Shown piece after piece: positions 62,401-64,000 of a stretch of DNA of 64,000 nt. The DNA lies in the sequence record KJ019142.1. One strand, given 5' to 3'. The position numbers and the translations under genes are program-made. Numbering within the stretch: position 1 is the first letter of the stretch; every line of letters starts with the position of its first letter. Below the pieces are notes generated by a model that was not told the origin of the DNA, ran no database searches, and was given only the letters and a program-made list of their open reading frames with translations.

Positions 62401-64000
62401 GGTGATTTGGTGGAGTATGGAACCTTTGGTTCTGTTGTTGGTGGTCTATCTACTGAGAAGCAATACTATGTTGATGCTTTAGATGAAAATATCATCAAAC
62501 TATCTGATGCCGGTATTGGTGGAACAAGTAGGTTTGACTATGATAGGAAGGACTATGTTGATTTCACCAACATTGGTGTTGGAACACAGTTTATCAAGTA
62601 TCCTGATGTCACTGTCAATGTTGTAGTATCCTATGCCTCGTCTATCACTGGTATCATTACAGCAACACCTATTATCCGCGGTGGTATTATTCAAACATAT
62701 GTTGAGACTGGAGGATACTATGGTTCTGATATTCTCAACTTTGCCAAGACACCAGAAGTAACAGTTCAGACTGGTGAAGGTGCTAGAATCAAACCAGTTA
62801 TTGTTAATGGTAAGGTTACCACAGTTCAGATTCTAAGTAAGGGTATCAACTACCCACCCACACCAGATATTCGTGTTATTGATAAGTCCCGTAAAGGTGC
62901 TGGTGCTCTTCTTCGCCCAGTAGTTATTGATGGTGTTATCCAGAGTGTTGTTGTTATTAGCACTGGTGAAAACTATGATCCATTGAATACTGATATTACA
63001 GTAATTGATCCTGCTAGACGATGTATTCTTGTTCCTAGAATTACACCTCTCACAGTTAATACCTTTGCTAGATTTGGATTCGAAGGTCTATCTAATAATG
63101 ACTACTCGGTTGTTGCCTATGACAGAAAGATTCGTGAGGATGTATATGGTGACCTAGGTGCTTCCCACTCACCCATCATTGGTTGGGCAAACGATGGTAA
63201 CCCCATCTATGGTGGTTTTGGTTTCGATGATCCAGAGAACTCCAGTTCTGGTTTCCGGGCGATGAGAACTTCCTATGAACTCTTCCCTGGTGAGATCTAT
63301 GGTCGTCCCCCACTAACACTATATCCTGCTGGTTCTTTTGTTGAGGACTACAAGTTTACAGATAATGGTGATCTAGACATCTATAATGGTAGGTATGGTA
63401 GAACTCCTGAGTACCCTAATGGTGTGTATGCATACTTCGCTGGTATCTCCACTGATACTCAGTCACTAGCAAGAGAACCACAATTCCCTTACTTCATTGG
63501 TCCTGAGTTTAGGGATGGATTGGGTATTCAAGATAATACTGTATCCCAAGATTTTGATATTAATAATAAGGATATTTTCCGTAATACTTTCCCATATGCC
63601 GTAGGTAACCCTATTATCGGCAGTGAGTTCCTAGATCAATCATACTTAGAGGATACTCAGGATTCTATTATACAATCTATCAATAATGGTACTGTTGATA
63701 ACTTAACCATCGTTGGTGCTGGTGTTAGTTACTCTGTTGGTGATATTGTTAATTTTGATGATACTTTCGACTACATTAGTGTAGTTGTAGATCAGGTAGA
63801 TGGTCCCGAGGTAACACAGATTCAAACTCTCATCAAGAGTTATGGTAAAGCAGAAACCAAAGTCATTAAAGTTGATAACACAACTGTTCGTGTTTATGTT
63901 GATCCCTTCCACGAGTATCTTGATGGAGATAAAGTTGTAATTAGTGGTCTATCAACAAACACAGATCAACTCAACGGGACTCATGAGATTAACTTCATGA
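59422..64000 (+). CDS. gp7: Baseplate wedge initiator gp7-like giant protein, truncated by the window end (absent from track)
   Basis: RVKIQDVVSSQLPDYI...FLKQFYISQEYQGG, YQSKGSEESFKILFRVLYGE, HSPIIGWANDGNPIYG, TPEYPNGVYAYF; same frame at start and at 64000. Confidence 0.85.
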   Translation, partial: MIGTELGIDVRVKIQDVVSSQLPDYILSEAPLTDDFLKQFYISQEYQGGTVDFASNLDQYLSLTTLGSENLYTAFELTQDVSIDDTIIHVNTTSTFPNEWGLLKIDDEIVTYTGLTTNTFTGVVRGFSGISSYRDSDNPSELVFETTTAATHTTETNVENLSTLFLKNFYDKLKYTFAPGFENLEFNSEVSVGQWIRQARSFYQSKGSEESFKILFRVLYGEDPLVIDLEQFLIKPSQAEYSRRDYAVAIPVSGNPITLKGKTVYQSDAEDVFGAISEIETFTRDNKLYYRIYFFVSNDEIANERKLFTIPGRSRTQRGWNQGDTTITVDTTLGFRDNNEFITEDGTKFTYLERTVNQFLGVECSDTEKTLGTNEDIIDDITIFGINDAGETVSLRMTGVISDIEFPDEVPFTTPGEKISVDTLGENIISADVTRSEPTQRQIIANSFIYNTSVRMEVDELNGSDFQINTAYLDKAFISPGDSVDILQRGSQLVYVANRKVTSVDYLNSIITINDSFGIPLDQSLDIRRNQNYAKSSTTDIEYGQNSVLSNVLNLYDATEFDGNFYVATNSLPSYDMEVKVVESILTGITTSNFEGYNSFTDQYSTIIFDSATSFITGDLISYRVISVERTGIPLITEGEYFVEVLSNPRKIKLYVSPSFIGSDNFVGFVYNDAVGAHAFTLEEQKDRRINTKNVFKKIPFTATKQNITIPRTPDVTPSGSPVAVLTNGVEVLSYKSPDKVFLGPLEEVVPVASGEGYSVIGPPNILITPPNIQVTDPTGIPTDGGVARVSPVISGRLKKIYIDPQDFDIEEVFSITVVGGNSRGATAKPQISKRTRSIPFDTRLDIYGGGINPNEETILFLTEHKLAKGDAIIYENNDTQSIGVNVAGGSNIYNGQTLSNGAVYFAEPLNNVTIKIYETLEDLNLGINTVGFTSSQTGFGVQDFTTIPRNQLTGAFITDDGGEFVYRKMEFQPENIYPEYDELRYDGHGFSSGDLVEYGTFGSVVGGLSTEKQYYVDALDENIIKLSDAGIGGTSRFDYDRKDYVDFTNIGVGTQFIKYPDVTVNVVVSYASSITGIITATPIIRGGIIQTYVETGGYYGSDILNFAKTPEVTVQTGEGARIKPVIVNGKVTTVQILSKGINYPPTPDIRVIDKSRKGAGALLRPVVIDGVIQSVVVISTGENYDPLNTDITVIDPARRCILVPRITPLTVNTFARFGFEGLSNNDYSVVAYDRKIREDVYGDLGASHSPIIGWANDGNPIYGGFGFDDPENSSSGFRAMRTSYELFPGEIYGRPPLTLYPAGSFVEDYKFTDNGDLDIYNGRYGRTPEYPNGVYAYFAGISTDTQSLAREPQFPYFIGPEFRDGLGIQDNTVSQDFDINNKDIFRNTFPYAVGNPIIGSEFLDQSYLEDTQDSIIQSINNGTVDNLTIVGAGVSYSVGDIVNFDDTFDYISVVVDQVDGPEVTQIQTLIKSYGKAETKVIKVDNTTVRVYVDPFHEYLDGDKVVISGLSTNTDQLNGTHEINFM

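Noticed and set aside
1-64000. tRNA, rRNA, integrase, reverse transcriptase/DGR, introns or inteins
   Set aside because: I recognised no cloverleaf/T-loop, recombinase, RT or splicing motifs by eye; tRNAscan-SE and HMM scans are needed to exclude them fully.

Overview
This window is part of a T4-like marine cyanophage genome (cyanomyovirus/Kyanoviridae-like). The call rests on T4 core genes plus plastocyanin and a CP12-like protein. Layout: (i) 1-27.2 kb holds gp32, petE and a late baseplate/tail module (gp2-like, gp4, gp54, gp48, gp53, gp26, gp51, two paralogous hub/tape-measure-like proteins, one carrying GH24 lysozyme plus M23 peptidase, gp27-like, split gp5, a collagen-like fibre, a 1955-aa fibre with a tail-collar/His needle) and an inserted methyltransferase/glycosyltransferase/2OG-oxygenase trio. 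(ii) 27.2-54 kb is an early/accessory region of about 75 mostly small ORFs. It is punctuated by 27 copies of a 59-60 bp element: a 24-bp palindromic box TGTGACAG-N8-(C/G)TGGCACA fixed 6-7 bp upstream of a sigma70-type promoter, often with a terminator hairpin over the -35. The copies are visibly mosaic, which suggests recombinational shuffling of gene cassettes. The region also has many signal-peptide proteins, a ligase-like protein, an SF2 helicase, a deaminase, a GIY-YIG homing endonuclease and a second duplicated ~147-bp non-coding element. (iii) 54-64 kb holds a GC-rich non-coding tract, an AbrB-like protein, a conserved glycosyltransferase-like gene, a candidate RNA pseudoknot, gp25, gp6 and the start of gp7. 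I saw no tRNA, rRNA or CRISPR. All calls are from motif recognition by eye; no searches were run.
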